DNA from: Neoconidiobolus thromboides FSU 785
Lineage: Eukaryota; Fungi; Entomophthoromycota
DNA: 64,000 bases
Assembly (NCBI GenBank): GCA_025603075.1
Contig: MU626269.1
Span: 62,001-126,000 of the forward strand
Direction of reading: 5' to 3'
Part shown: positions 63,133 to 64,000 of the stretch, piece after piece
How positions within the stretch are numbered: the stretch's first letter is position 1
Layout of the letters: every line of letters starts with the position of its first letter
Made by a program: the position numbers and the translations under genes
Notes under the pieces: generated by a model
What the model was told of the DNA's origin: nothing
What the model saw: the letters and a program-made list of their open reading frames with translations, nothing else
Database searches by the model: none

Positions 63133-64000
63133 TTAACAATCGATACCAAACTGAGTATTCCAAGCTTGAACATGAGCTTCTCTTAATACAAAATCAAAGT
63201 TAATTTTAGTACACGTTGGATCTTCTAAATATTTATTATCACAATAAGTACTACTACCATCTTTTTCAATAAATAATTCATTGCCAAAATGTTGATAATT
63301 TAAAGTTCTAAAGATAAATAAAACGGATTTATCATTAAAATTGACTACTCTAGTAATTTCAAAATCTTGTTGATTAATCCATTTAGCAAATTCTTTATTT
63401 CCCATTCTCATTTGACCATAAGTAAATACTCGCATTTGATTCCATTCTACTCCTACTTCTTGTCGAACAACAACAGCAGTTAAACTGGCTATAGATCCAC
63501 CAATCGAATGGCCTGTTATTAGTAATTTATAATCACTATATTCTTCTAATAATTCAGTTAATGCTTTTCGATATTGAGTGTATAATCGAAATGCAATTGA
63601 ATGCATTAAGGCATGTACTGATATTGCATTCGTTCTTATATTGGTATTATTGTTTCCAGGTTGATTAACGTTTAATGGTAACAAAACACTTGGATAGATA
63701 AATAATTTGTTGCTTTGAGGTCTTTCTCCTGCAAAAGATAATACAATTTCTTTACGTTCCGATACAACGGCTAAATACCCTTTAACTCCAGATAATAAAT
63801 CTCGATAAACACCACGTACTATTACAGAAGATGTTGGTGGTGTGTCTTGAGTTCCCTCTAATGTAGCTTGACAATATGGTTTACAATTAAATCTCTTGAC
63901 CCCTTCATCTTCACAATAAGAAGCCCCAGCTAAATTGGTATAATATTTGGCATCTGCTATGGTACTCACTCGTATTTTCACATATCCTCGGTTTTCAAAT
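63133..64000 (-). CDS. Class 3 lipase (Rhizopus/Rhizomucor type), 5' end beyond the window
   Basis: YYTNLAGASYC, GYLAV, nucleophile elbow TGHSIGG, TYGQMRMGN.EFA, RVVNFND, Y.HFG.E.FI. The frame is open to the window edge; the ORF-track start is a GTG. Confidence 0.88.
   Translation of the reverse strand, partial: FENRGYVKIRVSTIADAKYYTNLAGASYCEDEGVKRFNCKPYCQATLEGTQDTPPTSSVIVRGVYRDLLSGVKGYLAVVSERKEIVLSFAGERPQSNKLFIYPSVLLPLNVNQPGNNNTNIRTNAISVHALMHSIAFRLYTQYRKALTELLEEYSDYKLLITGHSIGGSIASLTAVVVRQEVGVEWNQMRVFTYGQMRMGNKEFAKWINQQDFEITRVVNFNDKSVLFIFRTLNYQHFGNELFIEKDGSSTYCDNKYLEDPTCTKINFDFVLREAHVQAWNTQFGIDC

Overview
AT-rich eukaryotic (fungal) genomic DNA with many short (~45-65 nt) GT-AG introns. It most resembles an early-diverging fungus (Zoopagomycota/Mucoromycota-like; inference, the taxon cannot be fixed from this window). 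Housekeeping genes: URA5, RFC3, CCT7, MRPS16, SNF7, SIN3, PMT1-like, GPN3, TVP15-like, BET3, TIM23, an ARA2-like aldo-keto reductase, RPL14, an RBD2-like rhomboid, an MMTAG2-like protein, a divergent class I HDAC, ATP3 and a class 3 lipase cut by the window end. Main points of interest: (1) a ~97-bp MITE family with 14 intergenic copies, GGGGATG...CATCCCC termini and 4-bp TSDs, including a +/-/+ triplet able to form long hairpins; (2) five genes sharing a C-terminal Hmp1/CsbD-like module fused to different repetitive or novel N-termini; (3) an intronless, proteobacterial-type stand-alone ThiE/TenI-fold gene (HGT candidate); (4) a secreted 2H phosphoesterase and a secreted repeat protein with Kex2-type sites in a MITE-rich accessory block at ~13-25 kb; (5) an intronless HDAC with substitutions at inositol-phosphate-binding residues. 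Gene models and splice sites were read by eye and no database searches were run.
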